The notes under the pieces are model-generated. The model did no database searches, had not been told where the DNA came from, and saw only the letters and a program-made list of their open reading frames with translations. A stretch of DNA of 64,000 nucleotides from Mustelus asterias (Eukaryota). The position numbers were made by a program, and so were the translations under genes. The DNA is taken from NCBI RefSeq assembly GCF_964213995.1, contig NC_135815.1:57226001-57290000 (forward strand). Reading direction: 5' to 3'. This document shows positions 24,860 to 38,761 of the stretch, piece by piece; the stretch's first letter is position 1; the number at the start of each line of letters is the position of its first letter.

Positions 24860-25850
24860 GCCTAGGAAATCTCATGACATCATGTTAAACATGGACAAAA
24901 AAACCTCCTGCTGATTACCACCTCCTGCCTTCCCTCAGCTGGTGAACTAGTACCCCTCCATGTTGAACACCACTTGGAAGAAGTGCTGACGGTGGCAAAA
25001 GCATAGAAAGTACTTTGGATGGCAGACTTCAATGTCCATCAACAAGAGTGGCTTGTTAACACCACTACTCACCAAGTCCTGAAGGGCATATCTATCAGAC
25101 CAGGACTGCAGCAGGTGGTGAGAGAACAAAAAACCAATAAATCTAATTCTCCTTGAGCTACCTTTTGCAGGTATATCAATTCATGATAATATTGGTGACT
25201 ATACAAAATTACATAGATTCAGAACAGGTTTAGTAGCTCAAAACTGGGCATCCATGAAGGGTTGTGGGCCATCAGCTGCAACAGAATTTCATCACAATCT
25301 TTAACCTCATGGCTCAGTATATCCCTCATTCTACCATTACCAATAAGCCCAGGATATTAATCCTGGCTTAACAGAGAAGAGCATAACAGGAGCAGCACCA
25401 AGTAGAGATAAAAATGTGACACCACCTTGGTGAAGCTACAATATAGGACTATGTAACTACTAAACAGCAGAAGCAGAAATGCACTAGACAGAGCTGAACA
25501 ATCCCACAAACAACAAACCAGATCAAAACTCTGCAGTCCTGTCACATCCATTTGTGAGTGCTGAATCATTGGTAAGTTCTTGGAAGGTGTCATTGACAGT
25601 GCTATCAAGTGACATTTACTCACTAATAATCTGCTAACCAATATTCAGTTTGCGTTCCACCAGGACTATTCAACTCCAGACTCATTGCAGACTTGATCCA
25701 AACTGAATTCAAGTGGTGAGGTGAGTCACTGCCCTTGACATCAAGGTAAAATTCAAATCAGTGGAAATCAGGGAAACTCTCCACTGGCTGGAGTCATCCC
25801 TGGCACAAAAGAGGTTTGTGGCTATTGGAGGCTAATCATTTCAGCACTAG
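24860..25850 (+). mobile_element. Degenerate LINE (same family as 14995-17225), EN/RT remnants
   Basis: GACTTCAATGTCCATC (DFNVH), CAGTTTGCGTTCCACCAGG and GCCCTTGACATCAAGG. An EN N-terminal piece also lies at ~23140-23228. Confidence 0.65.
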
Positions 25851-26358
25851 GTGGTCTTACATCTGATTTTGCACTAGTTACATATATGATTCACTTTGTC
25901 AAACTTAGCTTGAAAATGGTCTTTGGTGGGGACACACAGCAGACAAAATCACTTTTGCCACCTGTGATACAATACATTTATTATTTAGTGGTACTGCAGT
26001 CAGTGGGCAGAACACCCATTTCAAATTCTGCCTGTTCCCATTCACCTCAAGTTCCATCTTTCCTCATTCTATTTCCCCTAAACTCCATCTTTCCTCAACT
26101 GCTTTAAGTTCTGCCTCTTTGCCATAGCCCCTAGTTGGACATATTTCATTCAATGTTTTCTGCCCATTGCTGCTCTACAAATTCAGCTGCCAGCCTCCCC
26201 AAGTTAATAATGAGGATGCTCTAGTTTAGTTTAATTGCTCTACTTCAAGAATATGTTTATTTCTTTAAAAATGGTCTTTCCATCCTCAAATTTAAAATGC
26301 TCAAGCATTGAGCAAACTGAGTTTCTGTTTGTTAGATTCTTCTTGACAAATGCTAAAT

Positions 26359-26705
26359 TGGAGGTGGTGGCATAGTAGTATTTCACTGGACTAGTAATCC
26401 AGAGACTCAGGGTCGAATCCTGCCACAACAGATGATCAAATTTGAATTCAACAAAAATCTGGAATTAAAAAATGATCATGAAACCATTGTCAATTGTTGT
26501 AAAAACCCTGGTTCACTGATGTCCTTTTGGGAAGGAAGTCCACTGTCCTAATCTGGTTTGGCCTACATGTGGCTCCAGATCCACACCAATGTGGTTGACT
26601 CTTAAAATGCCTTCTGAAATGGCCTAGCAAACTGTTCAAGGGCAATTAGGGATGGGCAATAAATGCTGTCCCAGCCAGCAACACTCACAACCCCGGAACG
26701 ATTTT
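26359..26705 (+). mobile_element. tRNA-derived SINE with LINE-shared tail
   Basis: GGTGGCATAGTAGTA..GGTCGAATCC head and AAGGGCAATTAGGGATGGGCAATAAATGCTG tail. Other copies at ~23385-23705 and ~39665-40020 (both minus). Confidence 0.7.
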
Positions 26706-27157
26706 TTAAAAATCTGCTTTAACTGGACCTCCTAGTTTCCACATTGTTTGTGAGGCATGTTCGGTTTTGAGAACTTCGTTAAGTTTTGGGAGAAGGGCAA
26801 TCAATCTGTTTGAACCCGCTTGTTGTCATTGAGTTTCTTCTTGTATTACGATGCTAAAATTGTGCATTTGAATTAGCTAACGATTTTTTTTCAAAACATG
26901 CATTCTAATCTCCACTGGTAACCGTACAAAATGGCACACAGCAAGAAGACAATTTGACTTATTAAGTCACTGCAATCAGTTTCCTTGCTCATAAATTGAC
27001 GTCAGTATCCAGATCTTGAGAAGCAGCAGCATTGGAGGTTATTTGAATTACACCATTCAATCACTTTATGACTATTGGCTCAATTCATGATCTATAATGA
27101 GTTAAATGATCCAAGATGGACAGCAGGTGAACAAACTAATTACTATCTGGGCATTTG

Positions 27158-27848
27158 AGCGGCATGTTGGCACAGTGGTTAGCACTGCTCCAGAGACCCC
27201 GGTTCAGATTTGGCCTTCGGTGACTGTCATAGAAATCATAGAAACCCTACAGTACAGAAAGAGGCCATTCGGCCCATCAAGTCTGCACCAACCACAATCC
27301 CACCCAGGCCCTACCCCCATATCCCTACATATTTCCCACTAATCCCTCTAACCTACACATCTCAGGACACTAAGGGCAATTTTTAGCATGGCCAATCAAC
27401 CTAACCCGCACATGTTTGGACTGTGGGAGGAAACTGGAGCACCCGGAGGAAACCCATGCAGACACGAGGAGAATGTGCAAATTCCACACAGTGACCAAGC
27501 CGGGAATCGAACCCAGGTCCCTGGAGCTGTGAAGCAGCAGTGCTAACCACTGTGCTACCGTGCCGCCCCATGTCTGTGTGGAGTTTGCACATTCTCCCCA
27601 TATTTGCATGTATTTCCTCCGGGTGCTCCGGTTTTCTCCCACAGTCCAAAGATGTGCAGGTTAGGTGGATTAGCCATGCTAAATTGCCCCTTAATATCCC
27701 AAGATGTGTAGGTTAGTTGGATTAACAATGGGAGATGTGTGGGGTTACGGGGATAGGGTGGGGGAGAGAGCCTTTGTCAGACGATCAGTTCAGACTTGAT
27801 GGACTAAATGGTCTCTTCTGCACTGTAGGGATTCTATGATTCTATGAT
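27158..27848 (+). mobile_element. HE1-type SINE with a second HE1 inserted in the opposite orientation (~27228-27569)
   Basis: Outer head 27158-27227 resumes at ~27571 (TGTCTGTGTGGAG). The inner copy is a full-length reverse complement of 15698-16054. Confidence 0.88.
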
Positions 27849-28869
27849 TAAGCATTGCCACAAAGTCCTACTCAAGCCAACAGTGTTTAAGCAAGGTGAT
27901 TTCCCCAGGCACCTTCAAGCTGTTTTCGCAATCTAGTCGCATGCTGACACGTTTCCATTTGTACACCATGTTTGTCTCCATGAAAAAGGATACATAAAAG
28001 TTCTGAGGTAAGTCAAAGGGCAAGGTTTATGCTGCCAACTAAAGAGAAAGAGTATTAAAGGAATAGAGTCACCTCCAGCAAAATGCTCTTTTTAAATTCA
28101 AGGAATGTTGGCTTTGCCAGCTAGGTCAGCACTTATTGCCCACTTCCAATTGCCCTTGAGAAGTCAAAATCCATTGAATGTATCATTCATAATGTATGCT
28201 TAACAAATGTCACTGCATTGTACTGGATGACTGCTGCTATATCCAGATAGGTGCCTTCCTTTACATGTTATTGTCACGCCTTCAAATTCAATCATTCAAA
28301 GGTCAGAAGGAGCTTCTCATATTTTACCATTCTTACAGACTGTGTTAGATGCCTTCTGGGCCTATTTATTGGAGAGCAAGCTTCCCCTACGCCATGAGGG
28401 CTATCACAATTTTGTTGCTAGTTGCATAATGGGTAGACCCCATGGTGGGAACTTCATAATCCCTACAACAATCATCTGATTGAAGCATTATATGATCAAT
28501 TTGAAACTGAATCATGGATGATTGTCGGTGTCCTTCTGGAAGTGGGAAAATACTGGACAGTATAGGAATTAATCTTGGATTTCTACAAATTTTCCAACAC
28601 CCAAATCACCTCAGCACAAGAGAAAACAGATCAGATGCGCAAAGGAGAGGAAATGTGTCCCTCATCCACTCACGCAAAGCAAAGTAGCAACAGTGGACCT
28701 AGCCAGCAATGCCTCCAGCAGGCAAAAGCCCTTCTCTCACCACCACCCCGGTCATCTCTACTCGTATCCAACTTAACACTAATATAATTGTTACAACCTT
28801 TAATATGCATTGTGCTTAGCAAGAGGATATCCACACTAAAAACCGAATGTATCACTGTACAGCAATAGC

Positions 28870-29335
28870 AACAACTATAATAACCTCCATTTGAACAGAA
28901 TCTTCGGCAATGTAAAACATCTCAAGGTGAGTCAGATATAATCAAATCAAAAATTGTCTCTGAGCCAACAAATGTTTAACCAAAACACAAGTTTTAAACA
29001 GTGTCATAAAGTAGAAAAGAAGGACAGAGAAATAAAGAAGTTTGGGGAAGGAATTCCAAAGTGTTGGGTCAGACAGTTGAAAGCACGGCCAGTGAAACAA
29101 GTGTAGGATGGATAAGAGATCAGAGTAAGAAGAACATAGAATTCTCTGAGGATTGTTGCTCTTAAAGTGATTGCACAGATGGGGAGATGTGAGCCCCTGG
29201 AGGCATTTGAATGCCAAAACAATAATTTAAAAATCGAAATGGTTATGGAGAGGGAGTCATTGTCAGTAAATGGATGGGTAAATGTGTTGGTGTGAGGTAG
29301 GATTCAGGGAGCAGGATTGTGGGTGAGTTCAATTT
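28870..29335 (-). mobile_element. L2 LINE 3' fragment
   Basis: ORF 28942-29217 (FK.L.GL....L..LWNS.P...FKT) is typical of the L2 C-terminus. Confidence 0.65.
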
Positions 29336-31224
29336 AATACACTCACAAGCAACATGCAATCAAAAAGTAACATGGTTTTATTAAGTGTCAGATTATAAAC
29401 TCCTGAATGAAAAATCTTTAGGAAGAGTTTGTCATGTTCCAGCCATTATCAATTCATGTCAAGCTTGGTCAATTAGGTGGTCTATTCCTGTCCAGCAGTA
29501 TTGTATGTTTCATAGCCTATCAAGCATCCCTCTCATTTTTATAGGAATTATAAAGACAGCCACACCTTGGTATTGGCTTTACCAGATCTGTCATTTTGAT
29601 TTCATTATTATAGGAATGCAAGATGATGTGGTATTTCTGATAGCAAAAGCAAAGCTGCCATTCTGGTGTCATGACAACATCTGGTTTGTGAAGCCCGTTA
29701 TAGAATATATAAGATTGTGTTGCATAAAAGTGATATTTTTCATGTAAAAGAGTCATTTTCAACTCAGGTGTTTCCATTAAAATAGATAGGTGTTATTTCA
29801 TTTTTGGAAAAAAATCTTTAATAATTTTACTAAGAAGTTGCTAATACTCTTTAACTTTATCTCCATTTCATTTGGTCTCTATACAAAATTCTGACACATA
29901 TCTGTTACCTGATCAGCTGAGGCTAGGACAATCAGAGCAAGGGGATTTCTACTCTGCATTTATCTATCTGTGCAAAAGGCCCAAGGTTCAATTCCTATTC
30001 TGTGTTCAGCTACTTGATCCTATTTTGTTCAGTCGTTATTTGCTGCATCCCTATTGAAGGAAAACGTTAAATAAGTTTTCCTGCTCCTGATCGATATTCA
30101 GTTACCCATTCCCTACACTCACCCCCACCGCCGGTAGAAATTGTAAATATTGAGATGTATATGATATCTATGAGTGAAGGAAGACAAGGTTTGGTGAGAA
30201 AAAGATTACCTCGCACTAACACAGAATTCGTCCAAAAATAGCCTCCAACTATTTTCTTTCATTTTTGCCCTGGAACATTTCGTGGTCCCCAGCAGGTACG
30301 CACAGAATGCTCAGTTATATTACAACACACTCCTCTCTGCTAGAGAAGAAGATAGACTTCAGAAGATCTAAAGGAGAAAGTAAAAGGCGGCACAAATGAG
30401 ATCAGTGGCTTGTTTGTTTGCTTGTGAATTGAAATGTTATTCGAAAGTGCTGCAGCTGAGTTAATATTTACTCGGAATCACCGATGCTGTACAGCGTCAG
30501 CGAACATGGGTTTGCAACAATCCCCTTCTCATAGTCTTCCTGCGGGAATAGGAGCTACACTCCAAAGTGCATTTTCCTTGATCTGGTGTGATTTGCATTA
30601 TGAATAAATGTGGGAAGGTAACAAAATAAAGTTCTTAAATGATGATCCCAAGAGCCCATTGCTTTCATGAGAAGTGTTTGAGAACGCTTTGTTACATTAG
30701 CTTCCAAACACATGACTTACAATGACACAAACCACAAAGAAACATGTCCGTGTGTGAAGCGTACTGACTTCTCAGTAGGGCTTATTGGACAATGTGGCCC
30801 TATTTCGCCCATGTGTTGAGGCTAGTTGTAGCCAGAGCGGCTTTGGATGAAATCAGTTACCTCAGTGTGGAATTTATTTGCATCATTAATGTTGGGAGAA
30901 TATTCCTCAGAGTCCTACGCCACATCGCTGTTATCTCTCTTATTTGCTTCTCGTGACCACGTCAAGGCTGGAGAAACCTGTGCTAAAACGAAGAAAATTC
31001 ACTTCTTAACATATCAATAGGTGACCGAACCGCAATTCCCAAGACCCGTCATAATGACACTGTGAGTCCCGATGTCAGGATAAAAAGTACCTTTCAAACT
31101 GATCAACCAGGAAGCAGAGTGATATTGCATTGCTGGACAGTGTTGCGTTGAACAATATTTCGAGGAAAATAATTATCTTGCTATCATTCCAAATCCGCAG
31201 CTAGCATCCTCTCCTTTCCTTCTC

Positions 31225-31930
31225 CCTGTGTACTCTATGAACGGTATGCTTTGTATAGCGCACAAGAAACAATACTTTTCGCTGTATCCCAATGCATGTG
31301 ACAATAATAAATTAAATCAATTATCAAGGATGCTTAAGCAATTACTAAAGATACATCATTCCTAATTGTTTTATTTTGGAAATACATTCCAACGTGAGCC
31401 ACAATATTAAAAAGACTTTCGAACATTATTTTAGCCTTATTTTTATATTCCATTATGCAGATAAAAAGACGCTTCCAGCTTCTGTTTTCTTTAAAGTTTA
31501 TTTATTAGTGTTACAAATAGGCTTGCAATAACACTGCAATGAAGTCACTGTGACATTTCACTAGTCGCCACACTCCAGCGCCTGTTCGGGTACACTGAGG
31601 GAGAATTTAGCACGGCCAATATACCTAACTAGCACGTCTTTTGGACTGGACAGCACCTTCCAAACCTGCGACCTTTGCCATCTGGAAAGGACATGGGCAG
31701 CAGACTCCTGGGGACACCACCACCTGCAAGTTCCCCTTCAAACCACACCCCATCCTGACTTGGAAATATGTCATGGTCCCTATGCCAAAATCCTGAAACT
31801 GCCTCATTCACAGCCCTTGGTGTGCACATGCAACATACCAACTACAGTGGTTCAAGAACTACCTTTCCACGGGCAATTAGGGATGGGCAATAAATAAATG
31901 TCCCTTGCTAGCTACACACATCCCATGACT
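31225..31930. mobile_element. Cluster of Rex1-like tail, V-SINE fragment (minus, ~31492-31650) and LINE tail (plus, ~31650-31930)
   Basis: AAAGTTTATTTATTAGT..CACTGCAATGAAG motif recurs at ~38865, ~49330 and ~49720. Confidence 0.6.
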
Positions 31931-34900
31931 GAAGCAATAGGTCTGAGTTTATGGAAATAAGTTACATTTTCAGTCTCCGCGCGCACGGGATGAGACCGGC
32001 GTCGAGAATTAATTTGGGATGTGGCGCTGGTTCAGCGTAGATCATTTCAGCATTTCAAAGGCGAACAACTTCGTTTGAAATGTTCAGAACATTGACACTG
32101 CATGAGAAGGAAGGAAAGCAGTAGAGTGTGGGGCGTCACATAGGAGACTTCTGTAGAACTGGACTTCACCGTGATCATTACAGTACATGCAATATTGCTG
32201 CACAAACAGCTCATCCCAACTATTCAGTTTGCTTTCCCGTGTATAAGTCTAAACCCACCGTCCTGTTCACTTCCTGCAGCCTTTAATTTTCTCAAACAGC
32301 TAACCAACTTTCCCGGTAAAAATCGGCGGCAGATAGTAGTCGGGAATTCATATTCATCCGTGGAAATAAGTATTTTCTTTCTAACCTCTCTTTCCTATAC
32401 ATCTCCTGGGTGCCTTAAATTCGTGCTATCTCGTTTCATCCCGCCAACAGTGAAAACATTTCGTCAATATTTACTTATCCTTGGAACTCTTGGTAAAACC
32501 TCCATCAGTTCCCCATTAATTTTCTCAGCTTTATTTTCTGACCAGTGAAATCCTGGTGTCGGCAGGGAGATTCACGGACTGATGCTTTTCTGTCCTTTAG
32601 TATCGGTCTGTGGGAAACTTGTCTTCGGAAACATTCCCTCCAGATGAGGTAAACACCAGAAGTATACATTTCGTGCCACTTGTCTTATTTGTAAAAAAAA
32701 ACAAAATACCCAGCCTGACTGACCCCAGAATTCTGTAGCAAGAACTGAGGGGGACGGGGGACCCAAACTCACGGGTTCAAATTAGCCCCGTGCTCTCCAA
32801 GTGTTTTCAAGGTGTTCATCAGAAGAAGCGTCGAGTTATTCGACTGCGTTAAAAAACGAAAAACGCAGGGAACGGTAAGTAAACAGACACCGCGTAGGTG
32901 GAGAACATGCAGATTCGGTGCTTGACTTGCTGAGTATCCAAGTATTTTCCTTTGTTCAGATTTCCAGCATCTGCTATTCATTTTTAAAATTAGATTGCAT
33001 ACATTGCAATTTTGTGAACGGCTCATTTCGTTAATTATTCGTAGTGTAAATCCAGGTAAGGACCCGACTCCCCGCAGAAAGGTTGACTCTATCCCCGCTC
33101 TCTGACAGTAAGAACTTGCCTTTAATGCTTTGAAATCGAAAAGGTTGCAGGAGGTTTGACAAGAGTGGAAGAAATAAGAAAATACAAGGGATTTGCAATG
33201 GGAAGATAGGGGTTGAATGATTTGTCAATAAAGACGAGGTTTGAAAAAGTTGTTAGAAGTGAAGAGACCAGTAAAGAGGTGGCAAGGGGTTTAGAGAGGA
33301 AATGACACGAAGTAGAGGACCCGGGCGAGCAATTTACACTACAAAAGTTCAGTCAGTAGCACTCAGGCCAGTTAGCGTAGTTGGACTAGATTCACATATA
33401 CTCCAATAGGACCTTGTGTCTTCAAATAACTCAATTTCATTGACATAACTCCATGAATTGTTATCGGTCAGAGCTGAATCTAGATCAACTGAGAAATGTA
33501 AAGTTATCTTAGCTACAATTTATGGTTATTAAATGTAATTGAACTGGCATGGGGCGGACCACTAAATGGATTGAGAAAATCTTTGATATAAGAGGTTAAG
33601 AGCATTGATTCGTGATACAGATTTGAAAATCACCTCAACGAGGGATCAGTATTGCAGTTAATTGGAAACCTGTAGTACGAGCCAGTACTAGTTTCCCGAA
33701 GTTAAGGACTTGTTTATTGCTTGAAAATACATATGTTTATGCAAATACTTAGCCAGTGTTTTGTCGAGAACCGAATTTTTGGATATTATGTATAGAGTTT
33801 TTCAGCAATTATTGCTCCGAAAGTAGGCCCGCAGTCTGATCAGAAATAAGCTGCTGAAAGTGAATATTTAAATACAGCGTCGGGGAATTTAACCTGAACA
33901 TTACACTTGATAACTTTATTGAATGTTAGATGTTGAGGTTATTTTTAAATCAGCATGACCAGTAAGTATTGTGCTCTTTTCGCTAATGATATCTTTATTA
34001 TTTAGTGATCCGCGGTATTCCAGCAACTTGATCAGGGACACTTCCAGAGTGTGAAGCTTATAGTTCTGCCGGCTTCATCCTGATGTGCATTATTTATATC
34101 AGGAGCTCACACCATCTTTTCCATTTACAACATTCCTGGGTGAAAGCTCTGCTGCTTTTTGTTTTGTAAATAATGCAGCTCCCTCCTGTCTACTGGCTAC
34201 ATTCCACCTCACTCTTTCTCACGTCAAGGTTTGTACAACTTTTATTGTTCCTGTGCAGGCAATAAACAAAACGGAAATGATGCCTATAAACAAGTGCGGC
34301 AGGACAGCCACCGCGTCGAGTTTCCCTTCAAAGAGAGAATAGTAAGCAGGATCTTGTCCGGACTCAGTATTTTTGGTGTATTTATATTTGTTGGGCTCTC
34401 GCTTAAACCCATTAAAATAGGATTTTTTTTAAAAACCCTTAGTCGCTGCCCATCTCGTCATCTTTTTTAGCACCTGTGTAAATAAAATGTCAAATATCTC
34501 GCATGTGTGACTCATAAAAGTGTCCTGGGATCTTTGGGAATGGGTCACGATTGGAACTATGTTCAAGCAGGGTCCTGTTGAAAGTTTGAGACCCGTCTCG
34601 ACGTGAAATGACAAGAGGCGAGACTGGGGTTTAAAGTGGCAGGGTGGCGGCGCTTGGCCCCGGGCTGTTTGCTCTCTCTGGTCTCAGATGTTGGGTCTGA
34701 CAGTTCCGAGGGTTTTTTTGGAGCTGGAGAATAGCGCGATCTGACTGAATGTTTGCTTTGCGTGTTTAACAATGACATTCTCCTAATGAATACTGTCCTT
34801 TGTGCACTTTTACTGCATCAGACTCTCATTTAGTGAGGAGTCAGTATCCCAAAGAAAAGACAACTGCCCACTTCAGCTACCTCTTCACCGTAAGAAATTA

Positions 34901-37237
34901 GTATTGTTTGAAGATCTAATACTTGGCATGCAACCCTGAATACGATAAATCGCCAAGTTTACTCATTTGAAATATTAATTCCAGGCTTATTATAGGAACC
35001 CCGGTAGTTAAATCTCTAATTGGAGATTCTTTACTGGATAATGAACTGACTGGAGATGATGAGACTTCTGTAATAGAAGCCTGGTGACCGTTCCCCCGCG
35101 CGTTTGGAATAACGAGGTTGGTTGTGGCCTCAAATGCAGGGACTCATTTATAGCGAGTCTTTATCGCACACCAATTTCCTCCCATAAGGAGTCCCTAACC
35201 AACCCGCCACCCCCACACACACCATCAGCTTTTAAGATTTTCATATAGCACGTATGAAAATGACATTAAGTCCCACGTACAAGTGTGGGTATGAACGTGG
35301 AAGCCCTAAGAATTCTTTTCAGGAAGTCCTTGAAATTCGTCTTATTTCTTTGAGGAAACATTCCAAAGCAAAGCGCAGAGTTTTGTGCTTATGAAATGAA
35401 AATGTAAGATTTTCATGAATTGGAGGATGATTAAAAGATCCAGGGTTGAAAGTACAGACATTGAAGCCGCATTCATAAGCATGCAGGCAAAACTGATTTA
35501 TAAAAACAAAATAAAAACACTTTGAAGATGAAAATTGTGCCGAGTTTAGCACTGAGCTGATTAACGATTCTGATACTGACTAGCCATTGAATTCCCCAAA
35601 TGTTCAGTAAAGAACTGTTATAAAATGTGATTAGCACTGCCTCGGCATCAGTTACCGACCATAGTATTGCCAGAATAGTCCTCTCCTCCAAGCTGTTAAA
35701 ATGTTTCCCTCTTTTGGTATCTTACACCCCTTTAAATGTTTTATTGACCGAGCGCTCCGTCATAAAGATCCCTTTTGTTACCCACAAGGTTATCAGCCAA
35801 AGTAAACCAACTCTGTAAATTACTTTTCTATTACAATTTTAATGCTTTTCCCAGCGCTGCGTTCCTAATGCATTTTGAAGATAACATTTAGAAGAGAAAA
35901 CAAGAAAAATCATGACGATCAAACACAGAACAATCGTTAACAGAAAAAAAGAATAGCTTGCAAGTTAAACCACGCGATCAGAGGCACATGTACGATGTTT
36001 TTGGGTTGAATATAGTACAGCCAGCGATAGCTAATTGCTGGGCTCGGTAAGAAAAGTAAAAAACAATTTCACTTAAAATTGAAAAGCTTCTACGCAGCAA
36101 ATCAATGGTGATTTCCGGGTTGGCAAATAACTTAAACGCAATTCAGAAAATGCAGTGAAACTGAATAGTCATTTTACTATATACGTGAATGGTTATCGAA
36201 TGCAACACTTGGTTCACAGAGGAAATGATGGAACAGAATGTTGCACATTCAGGCAGCACCAATTCTGCATCCCTCCAAGGTATCAAACAGAGTCACATAA
36301 TTATGTCTGGGGCCACCTAGTTTAAGGCGATTTTCCTCTTGAGAACTCCGTCTAAATCATCTACATTTTCAACTAACAGGCGATAACAAAGTTTCTCCGA
36401 GTTTAATATCTGGTGAGCGGTTTGAAAAACCAGGTCTGGTGAGAAATACCAGATTCCCTCCACCACTAGAGACACGGAAGTTGCCAGCAAGTTTCTTTCT
36501 CCCCAGCTGCTGAGTATTTACAGCATTTTCTGCTTTAATCCCAGACTTTCAGCATCTCCTGGTACTTCATTTTTGTCATGTCGGTCACTTTAAGGAATTC
36601 GGCCACAATATTATGTACTTCCTCACCCTGGCGATGGCCATGATCATTGTCAAACAGTGTGGCCCATGGGATCCGTTAATTCTCCAGCCATTATATATTG
36701 GATCCACTATCTTGTTTTTTTCTGCATCGGGTTTGGGACAGGTCGGTGCTTTTGTGACCAATATTGGTCCCCAATACTAGGACTGCAACTGAGATTGGAT
36801 TTAAATCATTGTATACAGCTTACACTTACTGACAATGATCTGCGTTTAACTTCATTACATGACTTATCTTCCCAAGTAGTGATGTAGGTTTATATTTTCT
36901 TTATAAGAACTATTTTACAATAATTTCCTAATTTCTCTAAATCATAGTTAATAGGAACACTCTATGAAAGCAGAACCATTCCCAATAAAGCATTTGATCA
37001 TGCCACTTCAAAAACAAAAGGGCAGGAGAGGCTTTGTCCTGAACAATGCCCATCTCTGATCACCTATACAGAGGAATTACAAGCAATCTAAAAAAACGTT
37101 CATTTTTCCTGCCATTCTTTCGTATTTCCCACGGAGTATAAACATCAAGTCCAAAAAAGGGTCCGAGGGAGGAAACTCGCAAGACGTCCTTAAATTAAAT
37201 AAATGGCCTCAGGTAGGCGACGGGAGTGCAAATGCTG

Positions 37238-37505
37238 TCACATAGATGGAGGAGTAACTGGAGTCCATGTGGATGTTAGTCTGCCGTGCGGGGAAGCATC
37301 ATACTGGCTCTCGGCCATCTCGAGCCCGGTTCCACTGTCGTACAGGGGCGATCCTGAGGAGGGGGCGCTCACAGAATGAGCCAAAGACGGGTAATGAACC
37401 GGAGAACCCCGCAGGAACTGTGAGCTCAGACCGTTGGACATGCCCCCAGACTGGGACACTGGGGTGATGGTGCTGTTACTGACTGACCACAAACTCGGAT
37501 ACTGG
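37238..37505 (-). CDS. tbxt: Brachyury exon 8, coding part to stop (268 nt)
   Basis: SQYPSLWSVSN...SQYDASPHGRLTSTWTPVTPPSM*. The C-terminus is typical of T rather than tbx19. The exons sum to 1305 nt in frame. Confidence 0.97.
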
Positions 37506-38628
37506 CTGCAACAAGAAAGAAAGAGCCATTGAAAGTTATGAGAAGTCGTTACATGGTCAAATACTGTCATTTTGGGGACGGAGCTTTCATAGAAATAGCG
37601 GTAAGTACTAATAATAAATGGGATCAGTAGCCATTAGGTCATCAATTGTAAATAACCTTGCTATTTGGTATTATGGACGAGTTATATGTAAACGCTCATT
37701 CAATTTGGTTGATTATATTCAACTATCAAGGTTGACCACCAAGGCGCAAACCATGGTCTCAGCCGAAAATTGGTTACCAGAGAGATATTCAAACCTGAAA
37801 TCATTTCTTAAATACATTCCATAATTCTGTGTCATTTTCTATTGGACAATTGCAATCGCTGGATTTTAAAACAACCTACTTTAGAAGAAAACAACATCTA
37901 ATTCTTCAAGGAAATGAATCTGACTGAAACTGCAGTACTTGGATTGTAACTAACTTCACTTCCGCTTTATACATTGGATGTCAAGTGAAATTGAAATTAC
38001 GTTCCGGCTTTTTAACTCTGCCGATTCTCAGAGTCCTGGGCTACTTGAGAAAGCTGTCGCTCGGGTTTACAACGGAAGAAAAAGCTCATTCATTATTTAA
38101 TGTCCCGGCTACATAGGCATTGTAATTTACTTGAAAGTACATTTGCAACATATACCTGTTCAAAAAAAAAGTTGCTGTGACCGATATGCGCTTACAGTCA
38201 GAATTAATAGATTGTGGTTGGGGAAGCGGTTTGCTCTGATACCACATCTGAACATCATACTTTTTTCCAAGCTATTTCTGTGAAGAGTGTGGGGAGTTAT
38301 ATATATATATATTTAATTCACGGGTCAGCATGGATGAAATGTGAATCAATGGGGCCAATGTTTAGATAATTTCGTGTTTTAATTTCTATTTGCTTTAGGC
38401 AGCAGGTTGAAGTCTAAGTCAATAAGATGGCTTGGCAAGTAGTGCTAAAGTATTAGCATTGGGGATTTGGTAACACTGGAATTTTTAAATCCCCCTTGAG
38501 AAACGGACAGCACTCTTGCTACAATGGAACACCGTCCCCCCCCGCCCGCCCCCCCAACAACAACCCTCAAACTCCCGGTCGAAGTTGTGATACATTCACT
38601 AATGTTATCCTGCCCAAAGGTCTCATAC

Positions 38629-38761
38629 CTTGAGTTGGTGGCAGTACCAGCGTTGTGTGTCATGGGCAGCATGCTAGCGTGCGTGGAAACCTGCAGACTG
38701 GACCAGTTGTCATGGTTGGGAAGCATGGAGAGACAGGCCGAGGAGTTATCCGGATAGCCAG
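38629..38761 (-). CDS. tbxt: Brachyury exon 7 (133 nt)
   Basis: TGYPDNSSACLSMLPNHDNWSSLQVSTHASMLPMTHNAGTATNS; TAG| acceptor, |GTATGA donor. Confidence 0.95.

Noticed and set aside
29385-29777. Overlapping 120-aa and 85-aa ORFs as a small gene
   Set aside because: No recognisable domain or splice structure. The region is better explained as non-coding regulatory DNA.
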